Assembly: GCA_963770565.1 (NCBI GenBank)
Contig: CAVYQE010000011.1
Location: 768,001 to 832,000 of the forward strand
Reading direction: 5' to 3'
Source: an uncultured Actinomycetota bacterium
Lineage (GTDB): Bacteria > Actinomycetota > Actinomycetes > JAFAQI01
DNA: 64,000 bases
The translations under genes and the position numbers were made by a program. Every line of letters starts with the position of its first letter. Positions within the stretch are counted from its first letter, which is position 1. Positions 20,416-30,209 of the stretch are shown piece by piece. The notes under the pieces are model-generated. The model was not told where the DNA came from and did no database searches. It saw only the letters and a list, made by a program, of their open reading frames with translations.

Positions 20416-22776
20416 CTAGCCTGCTCGAACTGGGGGCGGAAATCCGAGACCGGCATACGCCGTGATCCGCTTGCTGTGCGCGCGTACCAGGACGGGCACG
20501 TCGACGTCGACGTAGTCGTGTACTTCGACGTTGGTCTTCCCGGGTGAGGGTCGCAGGGTGCGGCCGACGTACTGGACGACTCGCCCCTTGAACACGATGG
20601 GGAACGCAAGGAAAAGAGTGTCGAGCGCGGGGCAGTCGAATCCTTCACCGAGGAACGAGCCTGTTGCTATGACCAGCAGGGGATGGTCGGGGTTGTCCAC
20701 CGTTAGTCGGGCGACGGCCTCGCGTCGAGCTTTGGCGCTCAGTCCTCCTCGGAGGATCACCGGATCGCGATCAAGGTCGCGTAGTGCGGTTTCGAGGTTG
20801 TCGATGTGCTCTGTCCATTGCGTGAGTACTAGGCAGTGCCGGCCTCGCCCGAGTGCGCTCGAGACGTCGGCTGCGATCTTCCGTGTTCGTGCCTGATCGG
20901 TTACAAGGGTGCGATAGACCTCGGTGATTGCGCCGGGCGCTGATAGATCCGTGACTTCGCATTGGAGGTCGGTCGGGTGAACGATCACGTCGCGATGCAG
21001 GGTGACCTCGCGAGCGGCGTCCATTTCGGTCTGCTTGATGTGGTGCCGGACCGGGCCACACTGCATGGTGATGAGTTCATCGAGTTTGTCGCGCCGGTAA
21101 GGGGTTGCTGTGAGCCCTAGCCATCGGCGTACTGGTAGTTGCCGGAGGGCTCGTTCGAACGCCATTGCCGGAACGTGATGACACTCGTCGACCACGATGA
21201 GGCCGTAGCCGGTCAGTGTGTCGGCGAGATCGTCGCGGCGAGCGAGGGTCTGCAAGCTCGCGAGATCGATGAGTCCGGACAAACGAGTCCGCCCGGCTCC
21301 GAGCTGTCCGGGCTTCGTGCCAAGGAGTGCCTGGATCTGAGATCGCCATTGGTCCAACAGCGGCTTTCGATCACAGACGATCAGGGTGGGGACCTTGTGT
21401 GTTGCGATTAATGAACATGCGATCACGGTCTTGCCTGCGCCCGGTGGAGCCACGAGGAGGCCTTGCTCGTGGGCCGCCAGCGACTCATGTGCTGCTTGTT
21501 GTGATGGCGTCAGCTGAGCCGCGAAGGTGATCTCGATCTTGCCGGTAAGGGGCCGGTCGTCGCTGATTTCGAGCTTGCTGCCGGCGTCGGTCACGAGCAT
21601 CTGGATTGTCTCGAGCAACCCGCGCGGCAGGTAGAGCCAGTCGAGATCCTCGGTGTAGGCACGGATGAACCGAGGCACGCCCCAGGTCGACATGCGTCGT
21701 CGTTCGCGGTCATAGAACTCGGCGTTGTGAAGTGATGCGGAGTGTTTGATCGCGGCGAGCAGCGCAGGTGGCAAGCCGGCGCGCTCGATGGCAATTCCGG
21801 CCCCGAGCCGTGCACGGATCAGCGCAGGAGCAGGAGGGTTGGTCCGGGTGGATGCGGCTCGCCAGAGTTGCTGGGCACCCGGTCCGACGCGAAGGGGACG
21901 CATCGCCGTGGCGAGGTATTCCGCGCGCCGAGGGGTGAGCCGGTCGAGGCTCGACAGGTATGCCCACTGATCCTCGACCGGTTCGAGCGTCGCTAGCTCG
22001 ATGAACACGGTTGTGCCGCGCTTTCGGCACTCTCCTTGCAGGGGCAGCGCGATCAGGTTGCCGATCGACCCGGACGCAGGCAAGAAGTCCTGTGACGGGA
22101 AGAGGCGGTCGTAGCTGGCCAGATCGAGCTCGCCACGAAGGGCCATGGCTTCGCGGAGCAGACCAGCACCGATCCGGCGGGCAGTTGTGGCCGGTACGGT
22201 CCCGGAGAAGAAAATCCAGACGTGCGCTCCCGTGCCCGAACGGGACACTTCGAGCGAGGCTGGAATGTCGACCGCGCGTGCCGCCTTCAAGTAGCTCAGT
22301 GCGTCAAGGAGCGCGGCTTGCCCGTCAAAGTCTGCGACAACCAGTCGGCAGACGTCGCCAGGCATCAGCGGGTACAGACCGGCGTGCGTGTCGCCGGTCA
22401 GGTGCGAGGAGAGGACATCGTCGGTGAACGGCAGGTAGTTGCGCGGTCCGTGCTTCCGCCAGCCACCTTCAACTGCGGGAACCCATCCCGCCTTGCCGGT
22501 ACGTGCATTCTCCCAGCGCAGCGCGTGGACGTCGTCTCGTCCGGCGAACAGAGTGCGGTACAGAGCGAGCTTGCGCTGCACGGGCGAGTGCACATCGACC
22601 CGCCCCTGGATCCCGACGAAAAGAGCGTCCTGGGAGGGCTCGTCCGGCACGACGGATCGGCCGGTGACTCCGAGCAAGTGGTGGAGCCTTGAGTTCTCAG
22701 CCTTGACCGACTCCAACTCGGCGCGAAGTCTGGCAACCTCCTCAGCCGCGGTACGGAATGGGTGCGATCTATCCAT
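20416..22776 (-). CDS. AEP primase-like (TOTE-type) domain fused to SF2 DEAD/DEAH helicase
   Basis: N-terminal coiled coil; VADFD, EVSRSGTGAHVW, GNLIALPLQG (AEP-like); APPGAGKT, DECH, LTAT, QYVGRTLR (SF2). Start placed at ATG 22776. Confidence 0.85.
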   Translation of the reverse strand: MDRSHPFRTAAEEVARLRAELESVKAENSRLHHLLGVTGRSVVPDEPSQDALFVGIQGRVDVHSPVQRKLALYRTLFAGRDDVHALRWENARTGKAGWVPAVEGGWRKHGPRNYLPFTDDVLSSHLTGDTHAGLYPLMPGDVCRLVVADFDGQAALLDALSYLKAARAVDIPASLEVSRSGTGAHVWIFFSGTVPATTARRIGAGLLREAMALRGELDLASYDRLFPSQDFLPASGSIGNLIALPLQGECRKRGTTVFIELATLEPVEDQWAYLSSLDRLTPRRAEYLATAMRPLRVGPGAQQLWRAASTRTNPPAPALIRARLGAGIAIERAGLPPALLAAIKHSASLHNAEFYDRERRRMSTWGVPRFIRAYTEDLDWLYLPRGLLETIQMLVTDAGSKLEISDDRPLTGKIEITFAAQLTPSQQAAHESLAAHEQGLLVAPPGAGKTVIACSLIATHKVPTLIVCDRKPLLDQWRSQIQALLGTKPGQLGAGRTRLSGLIDLASLQTLARRDDLADTLTGYGLIVVDECHHVPAMAFERALRQLPVRRWLGLTATPYRRDKLDELITMQCGPVRHHIKQTEMDAAREVTLHRDVIVHPTDLQCEVTDLSAPGAITEVYRTLVTDQARTRKIAADVSSALGRGRHCLVLTQWTEHIDNLETALRDLDRDPVILRGGLSAKARREAVARLTVDNPDHPLLVIATGSFLGEGFDCPALDTLFLAFPIVFKGRVVQYVGRTLRPSPGKTNVEVHDYVDVDVPVLVRAHSKRITAYAGLGFPPPVRAG

Positions 22777-22784
22777 GCGCCCGC

Positions 22785-23624
22785 CTAGTCCTCCGCCGTC
22801 GTCAGTCCGCGGGTGAGCGCGACGAGGATGTCGCGACGGCGGTCGAGGTCTCGAGGCCATGCAGGCCCACCGCGAAGTGTGAGTTCGCGAACGAGGAGCT
22901 CATGATCGCCCGGCCAACGTGCGAGCAACTCGGCCACACGCTCACGGCCGATTGTTGCGGCAACGTGGCGACCGAGCAGATGCACCGCAGACAGCGGCAA
23001 GTCTGATCCCTCAGCCACCAGGATCGCGTTGCCCACGGCGGTCTCGTACAGACGATCGGTGACTTCGGCTGACTCGATGTACCAGTGCAGAGCTAGCGCG
23101 AGGTCAGCGGCGTCTTTCGTTTCTCGTCAGGCGGAGCGGTCGAGCCACGCGCCAAGCTTCGCAGCCGCAAAACCGGCGGGGGTGGGAACGCGAATCGTGA
23201 TCGTGGGGGATAGCGGCAACGGGAGTGACGCGGTGAAGATCTCGTCGAACGCCCAGACGCTCATTGCTTCGTGTCGGGACGGTGGCTCAACGAAACCCTG
23301 TGGATCCTCGATCGCACCGAACGGAAGAAGGTCGACCGCGATGTCGACGATGCGGAAGCGGATGCCTGTGTTCGCGACGCTTGGAAAGGAGGCGGCGATA
23401 GATCGAAAGGCATCCCAAGATGACAGCGCGAGCGCGACGTCGAGGTCTTGGGTGGCGGTGGTAGCGAACGTGTGACCCAGGGCGGTGTGGAGGACGTCGC
23501 GGCACGTTGCTCCCACGAGCATGACGTCGTCTGGCACAAGGTCGCCAGCTTTGGCGAGGATGGCGCCGACGACCCGTGTGACCGGGTCGAGGACGTCGTC
23601 AGGAGTCTTGGTGAGGTCCAGCAA
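22785..23624 (-). pseudogene. AbiEii-like nucleotidyltransferase toxin interrupted by one in-frame TGA
   Basis: VGATCRD, TQDLDV (Pol-beta NTase), AAKLGAWLDRSA, TGA at 23127-23129, then in frame RETKDAADL...to 22785. Confidence 0.8.
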
Positions 23625-24585
23625 ATCGAGCCTTCCAGTCCGCGGCGACGCTGCGCACCCGAGGATCGTCGCTTGTCAGCAGATCTGCGTAAACCAGCGG
23701 CCATGGTGCGGGGCGCCAGCCGGTCAGTGGTGCGTCGCTGTTGTCCGGTGCTTTCCAGAATTTCCGGCGGAGGAAGATGTTCGCGGGTCCGTCGGTGCGC
23801 CACTTGTTTACCACCGGCAGGCGCGGGTCGAGGGCATCGCCGTAGAGGGTGAGCGTTGCAGGACGGAGCAGGTCGGTCACGGCGCTCTCGCCAGAGAGGA
23901 ACATCGGGTCGTCGGGGTTGACCTTCCGGGGATTCTCAATGTCCCCGCGCCATGCCGCTAGTGCGATCCGTTTCGCTAGGCCGGTGGCGAATGCGGCCGC
24001 CCATAGGTCGAGAAGGCCGGGCTGGCCGAGTCGCTTGTGCTCTCCTGTATATCCGGCCTCTGCCAACAGACTCAGTGTGTTGTGTGCCTGGCCCACCGAC
24101 ACTTGTGCGGCGTGGGCGAGGTCACGCCGCGGCGCGTGCCACAACTGCGGCCAGGCGAGTAACGCGAAGGCGACTTGTGCGCGCCCAGCGCTGAACAGGT
24201 TGCCGGTCGCCTGCCGCGGCGCCTGGTCGCCGCGGTCAGGGCGCGGCCGACCGCGGACGTCGACGAGCACGTCGCCGAACCTGATCCAGGCGTTGCCGGC
24301 GGTGTCTAGATACTGCACATCGGCTCGCCGAAACGCATCCGCCGTCCTGGCTGAAATGAAGGTTGTGAATACAAGTACCGGCACGAACGGCGTGACAGCG
24401 CGGCTGACATCGGCGAACCGCAGCGCAGGACCGACTAATAGCTCGTAGTCCTGCGCCGAGCCTCCGCGGCTGAGACGGATCATCGCCCGATGCATGCCCG
24501 GCTCGACCGCCGAAGCCGGCCCGACTTCGCCGGCCATCTCGTAGCCATCGAGGTATCGCCGGAGTCGCTCGATCGTCCCGTCCAT
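23599..24585 (-). CDS. Type IV TA AbiEi-family antitoxin/regulator
   Basis: YLDTAGNA, wHTH RRDLAHAAQVSVGQAH, LSGESA, LVYADLL..DPR; overlaps the NTase gene. Confidence 0.8.
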   Translation of the reverse strand: MDGTIERLRRYLDGYEMAGEVGPASAVEPGMHRAMIRLSRGGSAQDYELLVGPALRFADVSRAVTPFVPVLVFTTFISARTADAFRRADVQYLDTAGNAWIRFGDVLVDVRGRPRPDRGDQAPRQATGNLFSAGRAQVAFALLAWPQLWHAPRRDLAHAAQVSVGQAHNTLSLLAEAGYTGEHKRLGQPGLLDLWAAAFATGLAKRIALAAWRGDIENPRKVNPDDPMFLSGESAVTDLLRPATLTLYGDALDPRLPVVNKWRTDGPANIFLRRKFWKAPDNSDAPLTGWRPAPWPLVYADLLTSDDPRVRSVAADWKARFAGPHQDS

Positions 24586-24594
24586 CGCTGCCTC

Positions 24595-24649
24595 CGTTCA
24601 CTTGAGAACGATGTTCATAATAACTGAACAACATCGAAAAGTGAACATC
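24595..24649. promoter_or_regulatory. AT-rich promoter with inverted repeats (AbiEi autoregulation candidate)
   Basis: GTTCACTT...GATGTTCA-TAATAAC-TGAACA...AAGTGAAC nested inverted repeats directly upstream of abiEi. Confidence 0.55.
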
Positions 24650-24674
24650 AAAGTGCGGTCGAACTCACGTCCGG

Positions 24675-24785
24675 CTTCGGTTGCTCTCTGGTTGCTCTCG
24701 GAAAACAGAACGCCCGGCACCGACCGGCAACTATCAGAAGTTTCGAGCGGGTCCGGCGGGTGGAATCGACATCGCGGGGAGCGGT
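24675..24785 (+). repeat. att-like remnant C (right arm only)
   Basis: GGTTGCTC at 24679 and 24690; the next ~90 bp resemble 30520-30610; no core. Confidence 0.75.
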
Positions 24786-24786
24786 G

Positions 24787-25209
24787 TTAACCCTCGACCC
24801 ACGCGTCGACGACGGTGACGCCAAAGGGCTCGAAGTGTCGGACGTTGCGGGTCGCGAGTGTGGCACGTCGCGCGAGTGCGATCCCGGCGATTTGGCAGTC
24901 GCGGATTTCGACTGGCCGACCTCGCCGCTGGGCTGCTGCAACGGCGACGCCGGCCGCGTTCGCTGCGACTGTGTCGAACGCGAGCACGCGCCCGTCTAGG
25001 TCGTCCCGGAGAAGTTGCTCGAACGCGTTCTCTAGTTGTGTGCGGCGTCGGCTGGCGCGCAGCAGCTCGAGTCCGGTCCGGACCTCGAGCACAGTGATGG
25101 CGGTGGTCCAGATCGACTCGGCCGGCTGCTCGTCGAGCCAGGTGATGACGGCAGGATCGGGACGGTCGCGCATTAGAGCCGACAGGACGTTCGTGTCGAG
25201 GATGATCAC
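24787..25209 (-). CDS. vapC: PIN-domain toxin (VapC/FitB)
   Basis: MIILDTNVLS, ITVLE, DCQIAGIA, LATRNVRHF. Confidence 0.93.
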   Translation of the reverse strand: MIILDTNVLSALMRDRPDPAVITWLDEQPAESIWTTAITVLEVRTGLELLRASRRRTQLENAFEQLLRDDLDGRVLAFDTVAANAAGVAVAAAQRRGRPVEIRDCQIAGIALARRATLATRNVRHFEPFGVTVVDAWVEG

Positions 25210-25454
25210 CTGTCGAACTGGGCGGGTTGCACCGTCTGGCCGCGCAGCTCGGTGATGTCGTCGCGCAGTCCCTGTCCGCGGAAGCGGCCCGAGATTGCCG
25301 ACCCAAGCTTGACCGGAGCGGGCTGCCCTGTGTGGACCGCGGCGCGGAGGATCTCGCGGACCTCTTCCTCGGTCGAGCGGTCATGAGCCTTTGCGCGGCG
25401 TTGCAACGCGAGTTTCACGTCGTCGTCGAGTTGCCTAACGATCAACTGAGCCAT
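25206..25454 (-). CDS. FitA-like ribbon-helix-helix antitoxin, 82 aa
   Basis: MAQLIVRQLDDDVKLALQRRAKAHDRSTEEEVREIL; overlaps vapC; upstream palindrome TGATAGCGCGATATCA (25462-25477). Confidence 0.88.
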   Translation of the reverse strand: MAQLIVRQLDDDVKLALQRRAKAHDRSTEEEVREILRAAVHTGQPAPVKLGSAISGRFRGQGLRDDITELRGQTVQPAQFDR

Positions 25455-25509
25455 GACGCGATGATAGCGCGATATCAATCCGAGGTCATCCGCGAGTCGG
25501 GGGTTGATG

Positions 25510-25997
25510 CTAGAGGGGAGCGGCTTCTTTGAGGAACGCCAACTGGTCGGCGATGACTTCGGTGAAGTGAGGTTCGACGTAGGGGTCGAAGTGTTGCGAT
25601 GACTGCGGTCAGGTTCAAGTCCTGAGCCGCGGTCGTTAGCACGTGACCGCCGCCCAACGAGGTGCCCCACAACACCACCCGCGCAGGCGCGCCGGTCGTC
25701 AAGAACCGCGCATAGGCAATGGGCAGCGCGCCAATCAATCAGCTGTCGATCGATGTCGAGTAGCTGTCGTGGCTCGCCCGGGCTGTCTCCGAAGTGACGG
25801 TAGTCGAACAGCAGTACCCGGTAGCCGGCAACGGCGAACCGCTCCGCATAGGAGTCCAGCCGCAACCCCCGGACTCCGGCGAACCCGTGCGCCATGACAA
25901 CGATCGGTGTGCTCGCGTCGGACGGCTCGTAGTACCAAGCGGCACAACTCTCGTTGCCGCTGGCAAACGTGACGTCGCGACGCGTGAAGCTTGTCAT
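25510..25997 (-). pseudogene. Alpha/beta hydrolase, frameshifted and internally deleted
   Basis: MTSFTRRDVTF..HGFAG..FDYRHFGDSPG; shift to WGTSLGGG; jump to the C-terminus HFDPYVEPHF..DQLAFL-stop. Confidence 0.8.
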
Positions 25998-26242
25998 CGG
26001 CCGATCTCGTCGTTGTTGGCGGTGAAACGTGGCTCGTCGGCCAACCGCGTCGTCTACCCAGGGAACAATACGGCCGCGTGGGATTGGACCGCGTGCGTCC
26101 GCATGGACGCCGCGCTCGCCGAGCCGCCGCGGAACTGCAACGAACCCACCAGAAATGGTCGGACGCTGAGGGAGGGGTTCCCAATCGCCAGACCGATCCG
26201 ATCGGCTGGAGATCGCCAACCAGTTCGCGCTCTACCGCCCCG

Positions 26243-26325
26243 AACCGCGGGTTTGTTCAGCTGATGATCTTTGGTTGCTCGCTGGTTGCTCCGGGATAGC
26301 AAATCGACCGGTATCGAGCGGTGAT
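26243..26325 (+). repeat. att-like remnant D (right arm only)
   Basis: GCGGGTTTGTTCAGCTGATGATCTTT then GGTTGCTC at 26273 and 26284, GACCGGTATCGA. Confidence 0.75.
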
Positions 26326-26452
26326 CACCAGAGGTGCCAGCAGGTCAGGGCCGGTGTACTCGATCCCACGAAGAGACCGGTTGCTGGACCAGGTGCGTCG
26401 AGTCGGCCAAAGGGATCGGGCCGCGCGGTCCGGCGGCAGCGTCGCTCGGCCG

Positions 26453-27364
26453 TCAGTTGATCACGAACCACGCGAACGCCATGTGGTGTGGCGCGTGCTT
26501 GCTGAGGTGGAGCTTGAACTTGCCGTTCGCCGGAACCGCGGCCTCGACGTAGACACCCGGCGCCGCCGACTGGAGTGTGGCGAGCACGAGGCTTGAGGCG
26601 GTCATGCCGGAGACCGTAACGGTCTTGCTCGAGTGCCCGGACGAGATGCTTGCGGATCCAGAACGCGAGAAGTGCACCTTCCCGTGAACAGACAGCGCGT
26701 TTCCGGTCGAGGAGGATGCGACGACGCCGTCCCCGGAGTGGCTCGTGCCGGCCACCCCGTTGCCCGAGGTGCTCGTCCCCTCAACGCCGGTCGACGTCGG
26801 GCTGGTGCCGACGACGCCGGCACTCGTGTTGCTCAGGCCGTACAGGCCGATGCCGGAGCCGCTGGTGCCCTTGACCGCAGTTCCACTGGTCGAGTTGCCC
26901 GAGACCCCGGTACCGGAGCCGCTGCTGCCGAAGATGCCGTTGGCGGACCCCGTTCCGGCGCCGTTGATCGCCAGACCGGTGGTGGAGGTCGTGCTGCTGC
27001 CTGCGACGTACAGGCCGGCACCTCCGGCGGGCCCGTTGACGACAAGCGTCGTGCCCGTCGCGCCAAGGCTCCCACCGTCCAGCTGCATGACCGGGCTGGC
27101 GGTGCCGCTGAGTTCGGTGGTACTCGAGGCCGAATTGTTGGTGCCGAGGACGAAGTTGCCGCCCGTCGCGGCTTCCGCGCGCCGCTCATCGAGAGCGGTC
27201 AGTGCCACTACTCCCCCCACTGTCGCCAGACCGGTTCGCCAGAGCACACCGCGCCTACTGACCACGGTTGCGGCCTGCACGTCGCGCAGTCGCTCCGATG
27301 CGGCACCATCGCCGAGGCGAGGTGCATCGCCAGTTCCCGTACTGTCCTCACGACGTGTCGACAT
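26453..27364 (-). CDS. Tat-exported Gly/Ser/Thr repeat protein (fibre/solenoid-like)
   Basis: SRRGVL Tat motif, AEA cleavage site, about nine 10-residue GxSxSGxGVx repeats, C-terminal FSRSG beta domain. Confidence 0.8.
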   Translation of the reverse strand: MSTRREDSTGTGDAPRLGDGAASERLRDVQAATVVSRRGVLWRTGLATVGGVVALTALDERRAEAATGGNFVLGTNNSASSTTELSGTASPVMQLDGGSLGATGTTLVVNGPAGGAGLYVAGSSTTSTTGLAINGAGTGSANGIFGSSGSGTGVSGNSTSGTAVKGTSGSGIGLYGLSNTSAGVVGTSPTSTGVEGTSTSGNGVAGTSHSGDGVVASSSTGNALSVHGKVHFSRSGSASISSGHSSKTVTVSGMTASSLVLATLQSAAPGVYVEAAVPANGKFKLHLSKHAPHHMAFAWFVIN

Positions 27365-27461
27365 GCTGCCCCCAGAGACGTGGCTGCTCAGACCGCGACC
27401 CTATGGCCAGGAGAATGCCGCGGCAAGGTTTGACGGGATCTCGACCGATGCGTCTGCGCTG

Positions 27462-29576
27462 TCACCATTGGTCCGCCGGCACGTGGTCCGGGCGCGGCGG
27501 CGCGGTGTAGGCGCCGGCGAATGTGTCGCGTAGCGCGCGGTGCGTGTCCGCGACGATCGGCCAGACGAGTTCGTGGACCTCGGGCGTCCACCGCTGCTCG
27601 TTCAGGCTCGGGATCGCGTGGAAGTGCACCTGGCCGTCGACCAGCTCGGCCACCGTCGGGCGCGGCTGGCCGGTGATCGCGGCGTGACTCAACGCGAACT
27701 GGGTCGCATCGAACCCCTCCGCGTCGAGCCCCAGGCCGCCGAGGGCGTCGTGGATGCCGGCCAAGACGTCGACTGGGTCTGCTGTAAGCGCGTCATACCC
27801 GACGACGATCGTGCGGTCCACCGGAAGCTGCTCGATGCATGCGTTGAGGGTCACCCACAACCGAGCGGCCGTTTCGAGGCTCCCACCTGCCCAGCCGAAT
27901 TGGCTCAGGCTGAGTACGGCGCCAGAGTAGTGCCGTAGCATCAGCACGAACAGCGCATCCGGCACAGACGTGGCGATCTGGGCCGCGATCTCCAGGTTCC
28001 ACGGCGTGGCGTCGCAGTACCACGCAGAGCCTTGCGTGCGAGCGGCTCGGCTCGCGTGCTCGGCGGCCAGCTCGCGCAGGCTCGCGGTGAAGCGGTCGTG
28101 CTCACGCCCGGGCAACCGACCCAGGTACGCGGGCACCACAGAGTGCGCGACATAGAACCCGCCGTACTCGGCCAACCCGAGCACTGCCGGGTGCGAGCCG
28201 AGGTAGTTGCCCATCATCGTCGTGCCCGATCGAGGGGCACCGAGGACGAACAACGCACGTGCCGGCGCGCTGTCCGGCAGCGCGGGGCTCAGCGCAGGAA
28301 GATCGTCGCGGAACAGCCGATCCAGCCATGCCCTGACCCGCAGCTGCACCATCTCGACCGGGACGGGAAGCAGGTCGTCGACACAGGCCTCGAGCACCTC
28401 GCCGGTGGACGCCACGATCTGCGACCACCGTGGGGAGCTCGGATCGGACGCCGTGTGGAACACGACGTCGAGGTGCTGATGGCCCATGTCGTCAATCAGG
28501 GCCGCCCGCACCCCCACCCGAAGGGCCGAGTCGTGCGCAACCGTGGTCACCGCCACACGGTGATCAGGTAACCGCGCAGTGAGCACCTCGCGGAGCTGGA
28601 CCGTGACAAGATCCAGCAGCGTGCGCCCGGCACTCGCCACTGACGCCGCCGCCGGGCGCGCGGGCCCGGCGCGCGATGCGCCGCATCGCAGGAGGTTTGC
28701 AGCCAGGTCCATCGTGTTGATCTGCGCGCTCAGGAACAGGTCGATCATCGCCTGCGGATCACCCTCGTCACCGCGATGCAGCGCGCTCAGGTACGCCGGC
28801 CATTGATCGACGAGGAGCAGCTGCGGCAACCCGGTCGCGCGCAGGAAAGGGACCGATGCGAGTGTCCGAGCGAGCCGGCCGTTGCCGTCCGAGAACGGGT
28901 GAATGTGGGTCAGCGTCGCGTGGAGATAGGCGCCCTGCACGACCGGATGTAGTGCGTCGAACTCGGCGGTGGCGAGCTGGGCCGTGAACCGCCTCATCTG
29001 GTCGCCCACCCCGGCGGCGGGCGCGAACGGCATCAACTCGCCGTTGGTCTTGCGCAGGTAGTTCGACACCGGCTTGTACTGCCGGCGCGGCAGGTCCACC
29101 TCGAGCTTCGTGCCGTCCTCGACGGTGACGGTGTACGTCTGCTGCGCCTCGACGATCATGTCCTGCAGCAGCGCGATCAGGTGCTCGTCGACCACTCGCT
29201 CGGCTGCTGCGGCATCGGCAGCGACGACGAGCGCCCGCCGGTGGCACTCGACGACGAGGTCCGTCGACTCAGCCAGCGTCCACCACGCCTCATCGCTGAG
29301 CGAGTCACGCAGCACCACCGCCGTGACGTCCGGCATCGGCCGCACGAGCTCGCTGATCGCGCTCGAGTCCAACGCAGCGGCGCGGAGGAACCGTTCGCGC
29401 AACTCGTTCCAGGTGTCGGAATCGACGGCCTGCACGGCGGCGCGGAGGGCGGCCGCGTGTCCCTGCCACCGCCCGGAGTCGAAGTCGAGGCCGGCCCAGG
29501 TGGCCACGGGTTCGAACGGGCGGTAACTCGCGTCGAGTGCCTCGACCTCGGCCGCGGTCCGCGGGGTTCGCCTCAT
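27462..29576 (-). CDS. Fic (AMPylase) domain fused to a PAPS-dependent sulfotransferase
   Basis: HPFSDGNGRLAR Fic motif; FVLGAPRSGTT 5'-PSB and RHYSGAVLS 3'-PB motifs in one uninterrupted ORF. Start uncertain (29576 or 29591). Confidence 0.85.
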   Translation of the reverse strand: MRRTPRTAAEVEALDASYRPFEPVATWAGLDFDSGRWQGHAAALRAAVQAVDSDTWNELRERFLRAAALDSSAISELVRPMPDVTAVVLRDSLSDEAWWTLAESTDLVVECHRRALVVAADAAAAERVVDEHLIALLQDMIVEAQQTYTVTVEDGTKLEVDLPRRQYKPVSNYLRKTNGELMPFAPAAGVGDQMRRFTAQLATAEFDALHPVVQGAYLHATLTHIHPFSDGNGRLARTLASVPFLRATGLPQLLLVDQWPAYLSALHRGDEGDPQAMIDLFLSAQINTMDLAANLLRCGASRAGPARPAAASVASAGRTLLDLVTVQLREVLTARLPDHRVAVTTVAHDSALRVGVRAALIDDMGHQHLDVVFHTASDPSSPRWSQIVASTGEVLEACVDDLLPVPVEMVQLRVRAWLDRLFRDDLPALSPALPDSAPARALFVLGAPRSGTTMMGNYLGSHPAVLGLAEYGGFYVAHSVVPAYLGRLPGREHDRFTASLRELAAEHASRAARTQGSAWYCDATPWNLEIAAQIATSVPDALFVLMLRHYSGAVLSLSQFGWAGGSLETAARLWVTLNACIEQLPVDRTIVVGYDALTADPVDVLAGIHDALGGLGLDAEGFDATQFALSHAAITGQPRPTVAELVDGQVHFHAIPSLNEQRWTPEVHELVWPIVADTHRALRDTFAGAYTAPPRPDHVPADQW

Positions 29577-29678
29577 GCGCCATTGCACCACCTACGGAGG
29601 TGAGGGAGTGAACGCCGGTCGCTTTGCCGGCTCTCAAGCCCGACGAAGGCCGCTGCGGGTCACCCGCCGTGAGTCTGC

Positions 29679-30153
29679 CTGCTGGGGATGATCGGGCTCC
29701 GCGTATCTGAGGCGTGCGCTGCGAACATCACCGACATCCGTTACGAGTCCGGCTACGAGCTGCTCCACGTGATCGGCAAGGGCGCCAAACCTGCCGACAT
29801 TCCGCTTCCCATCTCGGTGCTACGCGCAGTCCGGGAAGCGACTGATGGCCGTAGCTGCGGCCCTATCCTTCGGGCCCGGACCGGACGTCGGATGGACCGC
29901 GCCGCGGCCAGCCGAGCGCTGACCCGTGTCGTGCGCACTGCCGGTGTCACCCGCCCGATCAGCCCTCACGGGCTGGCGCCGGACGTTCTGCACCACCGGA
30001 CTCGCTGCCGCCATCTCGATCCGCGACATGCAGTACGCGATGTGTCACGCCGACCCGCGCACCACGCTTCGATACGACATGGCCAAAGCGCCCCTCGATC
30101 GCCACGCCGCCCACGCAGTCGCCGCCTACCTCGCCGGGATGAGCACCGGCTGA
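29679..30153 (+). pseudogene. Tyrosine recombinase C-terminal remnant (frameshift ~29975)
   Basis: GLRVSEA (R), GKG (K), SPHGL/RRTF split HxxR, HADPRTTLRYD (H, Y); N-terminal half missing. Confidence 0.88.
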
Positions 30154-30209
30154 CATTGACGTTCTAGTCGCTACCCATGAGCACGTGAGCGGGGACCTGC
30201 TCGTAGATC

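Noticed and set aside
23127-23129. Selenocysteine or programmed readthrough at the TGA
   Set aside because: No SECIS-like hairpin recognised and not a redox Cys position; a nonsense mutation is simpler.
25206-26219. 337-aa hydrolase-antitoxin fusion ORF
   Set aside because: Chance in-frame join of a broken hydrolase with FitA, which has its own start and operator.
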